A stretch of DNA of 58,458 bases. Origin: Burkholderiales bacterium (GTDB lineage Bacteria > Pseudomonadota > Gammaproteobacteria > Burkholderiales > SG8-41). This document shows positions 10,072 through 20,667 of this stretch, in pieces. The stretch is from positions 1 through 58,458 of the forward strand of contig JBMTEY010000001.1 in NCBI GenBank assembly GCA_049433545.1, in the 5' to 3' direction. The notes beneath the pieces are model-generated. The model was not told the DNA's origin. It made no database searches and was given only the letters and a program-made list of their open reading frames with translations. The position numbers were made by a program, and so were the translations under genes. Position 1 is the first letter of the stretch, and each line of letters opens with the position of its first letter.

Positions 10072-10102
10072 AAAAAAAGACATCCCGCGAAACGGGATGT
10101 CT
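10072..10102 (-). terminator. Rho-independent terminator inside the leader of the ABC transporter operon
   Basis: Perfect 10-bp stem agacatcccg / cgggatgtct (10078-10102) with a 5-nt loop. On the minus strand it is followed by a run of 7 U (plus-strand A run 10072-10078). It lies 46 nt upstream of the PhnD-like start. Confidence 0.7.
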
Positions 10103-10399
10103 GCAAAAATTCTGGGAGGGAACGTGATGCTGCTCGGAACTGCGGGGGCGGAAATTCGGGAAGCAGACCACGAACACCGGCGACGGGACCGGTGACTTTT
10201 GGCGCAGGCGTCCACCGCGCTGCCCCAGCCTATGTTGCGCGACAGCGACCGCGTACTGCGCGAGGTCAAACGTTCAAGCAGAAACATGGCTGCTATCCTG
10301 ATCCTGAGTATTTCTGAACTCGGACCCGGCGCCGTTGCCCCGGGAGCCTTCACAAATATCAAACTTTGCGTCGGTGCACAACCGCGCCACTTACAGGGA
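10103..10399 (-). promoter_or_regulatory. Long non-coding region: candidate cis-regulatory leader or small RNA ending at the 10072-10102 terminator
   Basis: About 300 nt between the murJ stop and the terminator has no credible ORF (all six frames give low-complexity translations). It contains several GC-rich helices, for example CCCGG-N10-CCGGG. Confidence 0.3.
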
Positions 10400-11932
10400 T
10401 TAATTGCGCCGGGTAAATTGCCCTGGACGAAACCCCAGACACCAGAGCGTGAAAAAGTAGGTTCCACCGCCGGCAATCACCAGAACGGCCAGCCGCCAGA
10501 CACGTTCCAGCGCACCCGCAGTCAGCCAGCTCGTCACGGATCCGGTCAACATCCACAGCACCACGGCCATCACATACACCGCCAGTGCCAGCTTGAGCGC
10601 GAAACCGCCCCAACCCGGTTGCGGCTGATAAATTTCACGACGACGTAGTCCGCGCAGCAGCAATCCGGCGTTGAGGCAGGCGCCGAGACTGATCGCCAGT
10701 GCCAGCCCGGCGTGACGCAGTTCCCAGATGAACACGAGGTTCATCAATTGCGTCGCCACCAGCGTGACCACCGCGATCCTCACCGGGGTACGGATGTCCT
10801 GCCGCGCATAAAACCCCGGGGCCAGCACCTTGACCGCGATCAGGCCGACCAGGCCCGCCGCATACGCGATCACGGCGCTGCGCGTGTTGATGACATCGGT
10901 CGCGGTAAATGCTCCGTAATGAAACAGCGTGGTGATGAGCGGCACCGCCAGCAGCGCCAGCGCAACGGCGGCCGGCACCGCCAGCAACAGCGTCAGGCGC
11001 AGTCCCCAGTCGAGCAGTTCGGAATAGGCCTGGGCCGACTGCGTCGCGTGGTGCTTCGACAGGCTGGGCAGCAACACGGTACCAAGCGCAACGCCGAGAA
11101 GGCCGGCCGGAAATTCCATCAGGCGGTCGGCGAAGTACAGCCAGGTCACGCTGCCGGTCACCAGGAACGAAGCAAAGATGTTGTTGATCAGCAGGCTGAT
11201 CTGGCCCACAGACACGCCGAATACCGCCGGCGCCATCTGCTTCAGTACGCGCCGCACGCCTTCGTCGCCGAAATCCAGGCGCAGGCGCGGCAACATGCCG
11301 ATGCGCACCAGGAACGGCAGCTGGAAAGCCAGCTGCAGCACACCGCCGGCAAACACTGCCCACGCCAGCGCCTTGACCGGCGGATCGAACCACGGCGCGG
11401 CGACCAGCGCAAAGCCGATGAACGACAGGTTGAGCAGTACCGGCGTGAACGCCGGCACTGCGAAACGGCTCCAGGTGTTGAGTACGCCGCCCGCCAGCGA
11501 GGTCAGCGCGATGAACAGGATGTACGGAAACACGATGCGCAGCAGGTCCACTGTCAGCGCGAATTTCTCGGGCGTGGCAGTGAACCCCGGCGCGCTGATG
11601 GTGATAATCAGCGGCGCGGCCACCACGCCCAGCGCGGTGACAATGACCAGCGCCAGCGTCAGCAATCCGGCGACGTGATCGACCAGGGTCCGCGTCGCCG
11701 CTTCTCCGCGCCGGTTCTTGTATTCGGCGAGTATCGGCACGAAGGCCTGTGAGAACGCACCCTCGGCAAACAGACGCCGCAAAAGATTGGGAATCTTGAA
11801 GGCGACGAAGAACGCGTCGGTCATCAGCCCGGCGCCGAATACCCGCGCAATCACTGCATCGCGCACGAAGCCGAGCACGCGGGAAATCAGCGTCATGCTG
11901 CTGATTGTCGCTAACGCCTTGATTAAATTCAT
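10400..11932 (-). CDS. murJ: Lipid II flippase MurJ (MviN)
   Basis: [66 protein letters not shown] is the canonical MurJ N-terminus. 510 aa, polytopic. Confidence 0.93.
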   Translation of the reverse strand: MNLIKALATISSMTLISRVLGFVRDAVIARVFGAGLMTDAFFVAFKIPNLLRRLFAEGAFSQAFVPILAEYKNRRGEAATRTLVDHVAGLLTLALVIVTALGVVAAPLIITISAPGFTATPEKFALTVDLLRIVFPYILFIALTSLAGGVLNTWSRFAVPAFTPVLLNLSFIGFALVAAPWFDPPVKALAWAVFAGGVLQLAFQLPFLVRIGMLPRLRLDFGDEGVRRVLKQMAPAVFGVSVGQISLLINNIFASFLVTGSVTWLYFADRLMEFPAGLLGVALGTVLLPSLSKHHATQSAQAYSELLDWGLRLTLLLAVPAAVALALLAVPLITTLFHYGAFTATDVINTRSAVIAYAAGLVGLIAVKVLAPGFYARQDIRTPVRIAVVTLVATQLMNLVFIWELRHAGLALAISLGACLNAGLLLRGLRRREIYQPQPGWGGFALKLALAVYVMAVVLWMLTGSVTSWLTAGALERVWRLAVLVIAGGGTYFFTLWCLGFRPGQFTRRN

Positions 11933-12036
11933 TTATTTATGATAACGGGGCTGCGGACCTATTACTGCGCGGCTTGCGGAAAAGGCGGGTTTTCATTATG
12001 ATTGCGCCCTTTTTCCGAACGAAATCCGGAGTTTAC

Positions 12037-12300
12037 ATGGCCAATATTGCTTCAGCCAAAAAAGCCGCACGCCAGGCCGTCAAACGCCGCGCCCGCAACG
12101 CGTCGCAGCGCTCGGCATTGCGCAGCGCGATCAAGGACGTCCGCAAGGCCATCGCCGCCGGTGACAAGGCAGCGGCCCGTGCCGCGTTCCAGAAATCGGT
12201 GAGCACCATCGACTCGATCGCCGACAAGGACATCATGAACAAGAACACCGCCGCCCGCCACAAGAGCCGGCTGTCGGCAGCCGTGAAAGCCATGGCGTAA
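12037..12300 (+). CDS. rpsT: 30S ribosomal protein S20
   Basis: [39 protein letters not shown]... Divergent from murJ, which is the usual synteny. Start chosen at ATG 12037. Confidence 0.93.
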   Translation: MANIASAKKAARQAVKRRARNASQRSALRSAIKDVRKAIAAGDKAAARAAFQKSVSTIDSIADKDIMNKNTAARHKSRLSAAVKAMA

Positions 12301-12310
12301 CGCAGCATCC

Positions 12311-12333
12311 GGCGGCCGGCTTGCCCGGCCGCC
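12311..12333. terminator. GC-rich hairpin between convergent rpsT and the DUF3579 gene
   Basis: ggcggccgg (12311-12319) pairs with ccggccgcc (12325-12333) across a 5-nt loop. The U tract is weak in both orientations. Confidence 0.45.
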
Positions 12334-12353
12334 CTTGGGCCGCATCGCGGTTT

Positions 12354-12698
12354 TCAGCTGCCGGTATCGCGTTTTGCGGCGGCAGCCGCGGCCTCGGCAG
12401 CAATATCTTCCGGTCTTTTGGCTTTGCGCCCGGGACGCAGTTTCAGCCGGTTGTCGCGGGCAAACTGCAGCAGGAATTCAAATGCCGCGCGATTGCGGCT
12501 CTCCAGCACGCGGTCTACGGCGACACAGTGCAGACCTCCGGCAAAAATCGGTTTCAGGAACGGCGAATAGGCCAGATAACCGTCCTCGCTGAACACCGAC
12601 AGCATGCCACTCAGGCGCTCGGCCCAGTCGCTGGGCCGGAACGTTTCGCCGGTTTCGGTAATCCCCTGGATGACGATTTCGGGCGAACCCTCGAACAT
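12354..12698 (-). CDS. DUF3579-family protein
   Basis: MFEGSPEIVIQGITETGETFRPSDWAERLSGMLSVF resembles DUF3579 proteins of betaproteobacteria as I remember them. It has an Ala-rich basic tail. Confidence 0.6.
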   Translation of the reverse strand: MFEGSPEIVIQGITETGETFRPSDWAERLSGMLSVFSEDGYLAYSPFLKPIFAGGLHCVAVDRVLESRNRAAFEFLLQFARDNRLKLRPGRKAKRPEDIAAEAAAAAAKRDTGS

Positions 12699-12860
12699 GA
12701 TGCAACCCCGGTTTTTATTGCGGAAAAGTCTAGCAGAACACCCCCGGTTTCGCTCTGCAAAGTCGCGGAAATTTCACTTGCCAAGCAATTCCGGGTTGAA
12801 TGAGAATAACCCGGCCGGCGGCTTAAAGCCGCCGTATGTTTTTGTGGAGAATCCATCGCC

Positions 12861-14051
12861 ATGTCTCATGTGATGAACACCTACGGTCGGCTGCCCGTCA
12901 CGTTCGAACGCGGGGAAGGCGTCTGGCTGTGGGACACGCAGGGCAAGCGTTATCTGGACGCGCTCGCGGGCGTGGCCGTGAATGCGGTCGGCCACAGCCA
13001 TCCTAAGCTGGTGGCGGCGCTGCGCGACCAGGTCGGCAAGCTGATCCACACCTCCAACATCTACCAGATCGCCGCCCAGGAAAAACTCGCCGACCGCATT
13101 GCCGGAGCCTCCGGCATGGACAGGGTGTTTTTCTGCAATTCCGGCGCGGAAGCCAACGAAGCGGCGATCAAGCTCGCGCGCTACTACGGCCACAAGAAGG
13201 GCGTCGAGAATCCCGCGGTGGTGGTGCTCGAAAAATCCTTTCACGGCCGCACCATGGCCACGCTGTCGGCCACCGGCAGCCGCAAGGTGCAGGCCGGGTT
13301 TGAACCGCTGGTGACCGGCTTTGTGCGCGTACCGTTCAACGACCTCGAGGCGGTGCGGCGCGTTGCCGCCTCCAACCGCAACGTGGTGGCCGTGCTCGCC
13401 GAACTGGTACAGGGCGAAGGCGGCGTCAGCGTCTGCGGCGACGATTACCTGAAGGGCCTGCGCGAAATCTGCGACGCCAACGGCTGGCTTCTGATGCTCG
13501 ACGAAGTGCAGACCGGCATGGGCCGCACCGGCAAGATGTTCGCATTCCAGCATTACGGCGTGATGCCGGACGTGATGGCGCTCGCCAAGGGCCTCGGCGG
13601 CGGCGTGCCGATCGGCGCCTGCGTCGCCCGCGGCGAAGCCGCCACGCTGTTCCAGCCGGGCAGCCACGGCTCGACCTTCGGCGGCAATCCGCTCGCCTGC
13701 GCGGCAGGACTCGCCACCCTGGAGATCATCGAATCCGAAAACCTGTGCCGCAACGCGGCCGAGGTCGGCTCGCATATCCGGACCAGCCTGCAGCGCGCGC
13801 TCGCCGAAACGCCTGGCGTCAGGGAAATCCGCGGCAAGGGGCTGATGATCGGCATCGAACTCGACCGTCCCTGCGGCGACCTGGTGAAAACCGCGCTCGA
13901 AGCCGGATTGCTGATCAACGTCACCGCCGACAACGTGGTGCGGCTGGTGCCGCCGCTCGTCATTTCGCGCGAGGAAGCCGACCAGCTGGTCGGCGAGCTG
14001 GCGCCGATGATCCGCTCATTCCTGATGAAGGCAGCGTCGGCCGCCGCCTGA
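12861..14051 (+). CDS. argD: Acetylornithine aminotransferase (class III PLP aminotransferase)
   Basis: FFCNSGAEANEAAIKLAR...LMLDEVQTGMGRTGKMFA...GSTFGGNPLA motifs, and it is located upstream of argF. Confidence 0.88.
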   Translation: MSHVMNTYGRLPVTFERGEGVWLWDTQGKRYLDALAGVAVNAVGHSHPKLVAALRDQVGKLIHTSNIYQIAAQEKLADRIAGASGMDRVFFCNSGAEANEAAIKLARYYGHKKGVENPAVVVLEKSFHGRTMATLSATGSRKVQAGFEPLVTGFVRVPFNDLEAVRRVAASNRNVVAVLAELVQGEGGVSVCGDDYLKGLREICDANGWLLMLDEVQTGMGRTGKMFAFQHYGVMPDVMALAKGLGGGVPIGACVARGEAATLFQPGSHGSTFGGNPLACAAGLATLEIIESENLCRNAAEVGSHIRTSLQRALAETPGVREIRGKGLMIGIELDRPCGDLVKTALEAGLLINVTADNVVRLVPPLVISREEADQLVGELAPMIRSFLMKAASAAA

Positions 14052-14072
14052 GCCGGCCTTCGCGGAAACAGC

Positions 14073-14993
14073 ATGCAACTGCGTCATTATCTTCAATTCC
14101 GGGATTTCAGCGCCGAGGACTACGCGCAGGTGTTCGCGCGCGCGGCGTGGATCAAGGAACGCTTCAAGCGCTACGAGCCGTACCTGCCGCTGCACGACCG
14201 CACGCTGGCGATGATCTTCGAAAAACAGTCGACGCGCACCAGGGTTTCGTTCGAGGCCGGCATGCTGCAGATGGGCGGCTCGGTGATCAACCTCACCTCC
14301 ACCGACACCCAGATCAGCCGCGGCGAACCGATTGAAGACATGGCGCGCGTCATCACGCGCATGGTCGACCTGGTGATGATCCGTACCTTCGAGCAACAGA
14401 TCATCGAGCGTTTCGCCACACATTCGCGGGTGCCGGTGATCAACGGCCTCACCAACGAGTACCATCCCTGCCAGATCCTCGCCGACATCTTCACCTTCAT
14501 CGAACATCGCGGCACGATCAAAGGCAAGACCGTGGCCTGGATCGGCGACTCCAACAACGTCTGCAACACCTGGCTGCAGGCGGCCGAGGTCCTGAACTTC
14601 AACGTGCACGTGTCCACGCCCCCCGGCTACGAAGTCGAACCCGAGCGCGCCGGCCTCTACGGCACCGACCACTACGAGGAATTCAAGGATCCGATGGACG
14701 CCGTCCGGGACGCCGACCTCGTCACCACCGACGTCTGGACCAGCATGGGCTTCGAAGCGGAAAACGCCGAGCGCAAACGCGCCTTCGAGGACTGGTGCAT
14801 AGACACCGACATGATGCGCGTCGCGAAAAAGGACGCGCTGTTCATGCACTGCCTGCCCGCCCACCGCGGCGAGGAAGTCACCGCCGAAGTCATCGACGGC
14901 CCGCAGAGCGTGGTGTGGGACGAGGCCGAGAACCGGCTTCACGCGCAAAAAGCACTGATGGAGTTTCTGTTACTGGGCAACGTCAAACCATGA
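14073..14993 (+). CDS. argF: Ornithine carbamoyltransferase
   Basis: FEKQSTRTRVSFE (carbamoyl-phosphate site), HPCQILAD, and HCLPAHRGEEV. Confidence 0.93.
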   Translation: MQLRHYLQFRDFSAEDYAQVFARAAWIKERFKRYEPYLPLHDRTLAMIFEKQSTRTRVSFEAGMLQMGGSVINLTSTDTQISRGEPIEDMARVITRMVDLVMIRTFEQQIIERFATHSRVPVINGLTNEYHPCQILADIFTFIEHRGTIKGKTVAWIGDSNNVCNTWLQAAEVLNFNVHVSTPPGYEVEPERAGLYGTDHYEEFKDPMDAVRDADLVTTDVWTSMGFEAENAERKRAFEDWCIDTDMMRVAKKDALFMHCLPAHRGEEVTAEVIDGPQSVVWDEAENRLHAQKALMEFLLLGNVKP

Positions 14994-15005
14994 ATCAGCG
15001 CGTGC

Positions 15006-15087
15006 ATTGGGTTCAGGGGGAGGCTAACTTGCGCAAGCAAGTTAAGGCATCGGATGCATCCGATGCCGGCCGACACCAGAACCCAAT
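15006..15087 (+). repeat. 82-nt palindromic multi-hairpin element (REP/MITE-like or structured RNA)
   Basis: An outer 9-bp inverted repeat, attgggttc (15006-15014) / gaacccaat (15079-15087), encloses two hairpins. The first is taacttgc-GCAA-gcaagtta (15025-15044). The second is the 22-nt perfect palindrome ggcatcggatgcatccgatgcc (15046-15067). Confidence 0.6.
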
Positions 15088-15139
15088 AGCACAAAAGGCT
15101 TTGATGGAATTCCTGCTGCTGGGCCACGTGAAGTCCTGA
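15088..15139 (+). pseudogene. Relic copy of the argF 3' end (encodes AQKALMEFLLLGHVKS-stop)
   Basis: The real argF tail is HAQKALMEFLLLGNVKP-stop (ends at 14993). This second copy is about 75 percent identical at the nucleotide level by my hand alignment. Most differences are synonymous, and it has no upstream coding body. Confidence 0.6.
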
Positions 15140-15220
15140 AATCCCCCCTGCCGCGTTAAAATTGCCGCCCGTGCGCTGTGCCGCGGCACCCGATCACCTG
15201 ATGCACCCCATCCGACGAAC

Positions 15221-16453
<1,233 letters not shown>

Positions 16454-16464
16454 GGAACACTTTC

Positions 16465-16773
16465 ATGTCGCAGTTCGACAACGTGTCGGTCGCCAAGAAA
16501 GCCAACGTCTATTTCGACGGCAAGTGCGTCAGCCACAGCCTGGTCTTTGCCGACGGCACGAAGAAATCCGTCGGCGTGATCCTGCCGTCGAAGCTCACCT
16601 TCAATACCGGCGATCCGGAACGCATGGAAATCATCGCCGGCAGCGGCCGCTACAGGCTCGCCGGCGGCGACTGGAAAACCGTGCGCGCCGGCGAAAGCTT
16701 CGACGTTCCCGGCAAATCCAGTTTCGATATCGAACCGGCCGAAGCCCTGCACTACGTCTGCCACTTCGGCTGA
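16465..16773 (+). CDS. ppnP: Pyrimidine/purine nucleoside phosphorylase PpnP (DUF1255/YaiE family)
   Basis: [41 protein letters not shown]... 102 aa. In the ORF track it is hidden in the 3' part of the long shadow ORF 15295-16773. Confidence 0.8.
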   Translation: MSQFDNVSVAKKANVYFDGKCVSHSLVFADGTKKSVGVILPSKLTFNTGDPERMEIIAGSGRYRLAGGDWKTVRAGESFDVPGKSSFDIEPAEALHYVCHFG

Positions 16774-16907
16774 TACCGGCGGCCACGATCCCCGCCGCGC
16801 GCAATCGCGTGCGTTAAGCACGCGCAACACAAACCCCGGCCCGCCGGGGACCGCGCCGCACCCGGCGTATAATCCGGGCCTGACTCAAAAAAGAAAGGGA
16901 GCGTGAC

Positions 16908-17399
16908 ATGCCCTCATTCGACATCGTTTCCGAGGTCAACCAGGTCGAAGTCCGCAACGCTGTCGACCAGACCAACAAGGAAGTCTCCACGCGTTTCGAT
17001 TTCAAGGGCTCCGACGCCCGCGTCGAAATCAACGACAAGGAAAAAACACTGACGGTATACGGCGACGACGATTTCAAGCTCGGCCAGGTGCGCGACGTGC
17101 TGACCGCCAAACTCGCCAAGCGCGGCGTCGACATCCGCTGCCTCAAGCTCGGTGATTCCGAAACCATCAGCGGCAACAAGATGAAGCAGCCGGTCACCGT
17201 GCGCGAGGGCATCGAGCAGGAACTCGCAAAGAAGATCGTCAAGCTGATCAAGGACAGCAAGATGAAGGTGCAGGGCAGCATCCAGGGCGACGTGGTTCGC
17301 GTATCCGGCGCCAAGAAGGACCTGCTGCAGGATGCGATCGCGCTGATCCGCAAATCGATCACCGAATTTCCGCTGCAGTTCAAGAACTTCAGGGACTAG
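16908..17399 (+). CDS. yajQ: YajQ-family nucleotide/cyclic-di-GMP-binding protein (UPF0234)
   Basis: [35 protein letters not shown] is the canonical YajQ N-terminus. Confidence 0.9.
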   Translation: MPSFDIVSEVNQVEVRNAVDQTNKEVSTRFDFKGSDARVEINDKEKTLTVYGDDDFKLGQVRDVLTAKLAKRGVDIRCLKLGDSETISGNKMKQPVTVREGIEQELAKKIVKLIKDSKMKVQGSIQGDVVRVSGAKKDLLQDAIALIRKSITEFPLQFKNFRD

Positions 17400-17559
17400 G
17401 TCGTCGCCGCCATGCCGCGTTGACAGCGCACGACCGTTCTTACAGAATCGCCTGCGCTATCACGGGGGCGTTGGCAGACTCCCCGGTTCCAGACGCTCCG
17501 CGTCCAAGTGCTGCCTTCGTGTGCTGTTGGCGCCGATGCGCCAACGCGAAGGAGACCTG

Positions 17560-17904
17560 ATGGACGCCGGTGCAATTCCCCGCATCACCCCGCAGCAGCT
17601 CATGGCCTTGAGTGAACAGTCACCGGCGCCGTTGATCATCGACGTGCGCCGCGAAGCGGTTTTCCAGGCCGCCCCCGACCGGATCAGCGGCGCCCTGCGC
17701 CATGATCCGGCGACAGTCGCCGACTGGGCCGGCACGCTGCCGGCCTCCGCACGCATCGTGGTGTATTGCGTGCACGGCCACGAGGTCAGCCAGAACGCGG
17801 CCCGCGCCCTGCATGAGCACGGACTGGCTGCGCAGTTCCTCGAAGGCGGCATCGAAGCCTGGCGCGCCGCGGGCGGCAGACTGCAATCCAACAGTCGCAC
17901 GTAG
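17560..17904 (+). CDS. Single-domain rhodanese-like sulfurtransferase
   Basis: IIDVRREAVF...IVVYCVHGHEVSQNAA (active-site Cys loop). The ATG at 17560 is preceded by GGAG. Confidence 0.75.
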   Translation: MDAGAIPRITPQQLMALSEQSPAPLIIDVRREAVFQAAPDRISGALRHDPATVADWAGTLPASARIVVYCVHGHEVSQNAARALHEHGLAAQFLEGGIEAWRAAGGRLQSNSRT

Positions 17905-17908
17905 AGCC

Positions 17909-19252
17909 ATGACCCCTGATGCGCAGGACGCCACGCCGGCCGCGATCCCTTTCCGCGAAGCCTTCCGCTTCTGGCTGAAGCTCGGCTTCATCAGCTTCGG
18001 CGGGCCCGCCGGCCAGATCGCGATCATGCACGAGGAGCTGGTCGAACGCCGGCGCTGGATATCCGAGCGCCGCTTCCTGCATGCTCTGAACTACTGCATG
18101 GTGCTGCCCGGCCCCGAAGCGCAGCAGCTCGCCACCTACATCGGCTGGCTGATGCACCGGACCTGGGGCGGCATCGTCGCCGGCGGCCTGTTCGTGCTGC
18201 CCTCGCTGTTCATCCTGATCGCGCTGACGTGGATCTACATGGCCTGGGGCGACGTGCCGGCGATCGCCGGCATCCTCTACGGCATCAAGCCCGCAGTCAC
18301 CGCCATCGTCGTCGTCGCCGCGCTGCGCATCGGCATGCGCGCGCTGAAAAACGGCGTATTGTGGGGCATCGCCGCAGCGGCCTTCATCGCGCTGTTCGCA
18401 CTGAACCTGCCGTTCCCGCTGATCGTGATCGGCGCCGGTCTCATCGGCGCCGTCTGCGGCCGCGTGGCGCCGGCGCTGTTCGCCACCGGCGGCGGGCACG
18501 GCGCCGACGGCAAAAGTTACGGTGCGGCGGTGATCGACGACGACACGCCGACGCCGCAGCATGCGCTGTTCACCTGGAAACGTTTTGCCGCGGTGCTCGC
18601 TTTCGGACTGCTGCTGTGGACCGCGGCGATGGCACTGCTGATGGCAACGTACGGTTGGCAGGGCACGCTGACACAGATGGGCTGGTTCTTCACCAAGGCC
18701 GCGCTGCTGACCTTCGGCGGCGCCTATGCCGTGCTGCCCTATGTCTACCAGGCCGCAGTCGAGCACTACCAGTGGGTCACGCCGCTGCAGATGATCGACG
18801 GCCTCGCGCTCGGCGAAACCACGCCCGGACCGCTGATCATGGTGGTGGCCTTCGTCGGCTTCGTCGGCGGCTGGGCCACGCAGTTCCTCGGCGCCGACAG
18901 CCTGTTCCTTGCCGGCGCGCTGGCGGCGACCGTGGTCACCTGTTTCACCTTCCTGCCGAGCTTCATCTTCATCCTGCTCGGCGGCCCGTTGGTCGAAACC
19001 ACCCACGGTGACCTCAAGTTCACTGCGCCGCTGACCGGCATCACCGCAGCGGTGGTCGGCGTGATCCTCAACCTCGGGGTGTTTTTTGCGTACCACGTGC
19101 TGTGGCCAAAGGGCCTGCAGGGCGCGTTCGACTGGACGTCGGCGGTAATCGGCATCGCCGCCTTCCTCGCGCTGTGGCGATTCAAGGTCGGCATCATGCC
19201 GGTGATCGGCGCCTGCGCCGCGCTCGGCGCGGCGTGGACGCTGCTGGCCTGA
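17909..19252 (+). CDS. chrA: Chromate ion transporter (CHR family)
   Basis: FREAFRFWLKLGFISFGGPAGQIAIMHEELVERRRWISERRFLHALNYCMVLPGPEAQQLA, with a second CHR repeat (TFGGAYAVLPYV...GETTPGPL). ATG at 17909. Confidence 0.9.
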   Translation: MTPDAQDATPAAIPFREAFRFWLKLGFISFGGPAGQIAIMHEELVERRRWISERRFLHALNYCMVLPGPEAQQLATYIGWLMHRTWGGIVAGGLFVLPSLFILIALTWIYMAWGDVPAIAGILYGIKPAVTAIVVVAALRIGMRALKNGVLWGIAAAAFIALFALNLPFPLIVIGAGLIGAVCGRVAPALFATGGGHGADGKSYGAAVIDDDTPTPQHALFTWKRFAAVLAFGLLLWTAAMALLMATYGWQGTLTQMGWFFTKAALLTFGGAYAVLPYVYQAAVEHYQWVTPLQMIDGLALGETTPGPLIMVVAFVGFVGGWATQFLGADSLFLAGALAATVVTCFTFLPSFIFILLGGPLVETTHGDLKFTAPLTGITAAVVGVILNLGVFFAYHVLWPKGLQGAFDWTSAVIGIAAFLALWRFKVGIMPVIGACAALGAAWTLLA

Positions 19253-19966
19253 CTACGCGGCGAGACCGGCCACCCAGCGGTCGTAAATCCGGTCCGCCAC
19301 CGCGTTCAGCGCGAGCACTTTTTCGCTGATTCCCTGCTCCATCTCCGCCGGCGACTGCACCGAGGCCACGCGCCCTGCGAGCGCCGCGACTTCCTTCGCC
19401 CAGTCGCGGCACCAGGTGCGGATCATTTCCTCGGTCATCTCGACATGGCATTGCATCGCAAAATGTTTGCCCAGCACGAAAGCCTGGTTGGCGCAGGCGG
19501 TGCTCGCCATGATGCGCGTCGCACCCTCGGGAATCGCGAAGGTTTCGCCGTGCCAGTGGAAGGACAGGAATTCGCGCAGGTCGCCGCCCAGCCACTGCCG
19601 CGCTTCGGGCTGATCAAGCATTGCCACTCGCCCCCAGCCGATTTCCTTGACCGGATTGCGCGTGACCTGCGCGCCCAGCGCTTTCGCCATCAGCTGGCCG
19701 CCCAGACAATGCCCGATCACCGGCACCTCTCGCGCCACCGCGTCGCGGATCAGATCACAAATTTGCCCTATCCACGGCAGGTCGTCATTGACACTCATCG
19801 GCCCGCCCATGAAACACAGGCCGGCATAGGCCCTCGCATCCGCAGGCACCGGCTCGCCGGCGTCGATCGCTATGATGCGGTACGGTATCTGCCTGCGCTC
19901 GAGGTACGTGGCAAAATAGGCCGGCCCCTCGGTGGGCATGTGGCGGAAAATGGCAACGGGTTTCAT
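19253..19966 (-). CDS. Class I glutamine amidotransferase-like protein
   Basis: PVIGHCLGGQLMAKALG (nucleophile elbow) and FHWHGETF (GATase1 motifs). 237 aa. Confidence 0.8.
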   Translation of the reverse strand: MKPVAIFRHMPTEGPAYFATYLERRQIPYRIIAIDAGEPVPADARAYAGLCFMGGPMSVNDDLPWIGQICDLIRDAVAREVPVIGHCLGGQLMAKALGAQVTRNPVKEIGWGRVAMLDQPEARQWLGGDLREFLSFHWHGETFAIPEGATRIMASTACANQAFVLGKHFAMQCHVEMTEEMIRTWCRDWAKEVAALAGRVASVQSPAEMEQGISEKVLALNAVADRIYDRWVAGLAA

Positions 19967-19979
19967 GGAAGGGTCCGGT

Positions 19980-20642
19980 ATGCGATGGAATCATCTTAAA
20001 TCAATCTGCGCCGTCTTTCTGTGCGCCGCAGCACCCGCACTCGCCGCGGACATCAGCGTGGTCGGCCTGTTCGGCGGCAAGGCGGTACTGGTGATCAACG
20101 GCGGCAAGCCGCGCACCGTGTCCGCCGGTGAATCCACGCCGGAGGGCGTGCGCCTGGTCAGTGCCGACAGCAAGGCCGCGGTCATCGAACACCAGGGCAG
20201 GCGCATGACGCTGGCGCCGGGCGGCGGCATGCGCATCGGCGGCGGGCCGACCGGCGGCAGCAGCGGCGGCGGCGAAACCGTGACGCTGACCGCGGATTCG
20301 CAGGGCCATTACCTCGCGCTGGGACAGATCAACGGCGGCTCGGTGCAGTTTCTGGTAGATACCGGCGCCACCGCCATCGCGATACCCAGTTCCCTCGCCC
20401 GCCGGCTCGGCATCAACTACCTCGGCGGACAACGCGGCTACACCCAGACTGCCAACGGCCGCGCCGCGGCTTACCGGATCACGCTGGACACCGTGAAACT
20501 CGGCGACATCACGCTGCACGCGGTGGAAGCCGTGGTGCTTGAAGGCGACGGGCTGAAGGTGGCGCTGCTGGGCATGAGTTTCCTCAACCGCACCGAGATG
20601 AAGCGGGATGGGCAGGCGCTGACGCTGACCAAGCGGTTCTGA
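19980..20642 (+). CDS. Retropepsin-like clan AA aspartic protease (TIGR02281-like), secreted
   Basis: Signal peptide MRWNHLKSICAVFLCAAAPALA, and the catalytic motif FLVDTGATAIAIP. Confidence 0.8.
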   Translation: MRWNHLKSICAVFLCAAAPALAADISVVGLFGGKAVLVINGGKPRTVSAGESTPEGVRLVSADSKAAVIEHQGRRMTLAPGGGMRIGGGPTGGSSGGGETVTLTADSQGHYLALGQINGGSVQFLVDTGATAIAIPSSLARRLGINYLGGQRGYTQTANGRAAAYRITLDTVKLGDITLHAVEAVVLEGDGLKVALLGMSFLNRTEMKRDGQALTLTKRF

Positions 20643-20667
20643 AGCGGAATGGAACCGGGCTGGGGAT

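Noticed and set aside
10100-10240. Possible SRP (4.5S) RNA on the plus strand because of GGGAAGCAGACC, possible tRNA-Sec, and a possible Moco riboswitch on the minus strand because of CCGAGC...CCCUCCC
   Set aside because: The conserved SRP domain IV context (GGUCAGGUCCGGAAGGAAGCAGCC) is absent. No cloverleaf with a UCA anticodon loop can be drawn. I cannot reproduce the Moco consensus (for example the GGAAAGG element) from memory in this sequence. It is left as an unclassified leader.
14795-15139. 114-aa ORF spanning the argF 3' end and the argF-argG spacer
   Set aside because: It is out of frame with argF over most of its length. Only its last 16 codons look protein-like, and those are explained as a relic of the argF tail.
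17786-19096. 436-aa minus-strand ORF
   Set aside because: It is antisense to chrA. Same argument as above.
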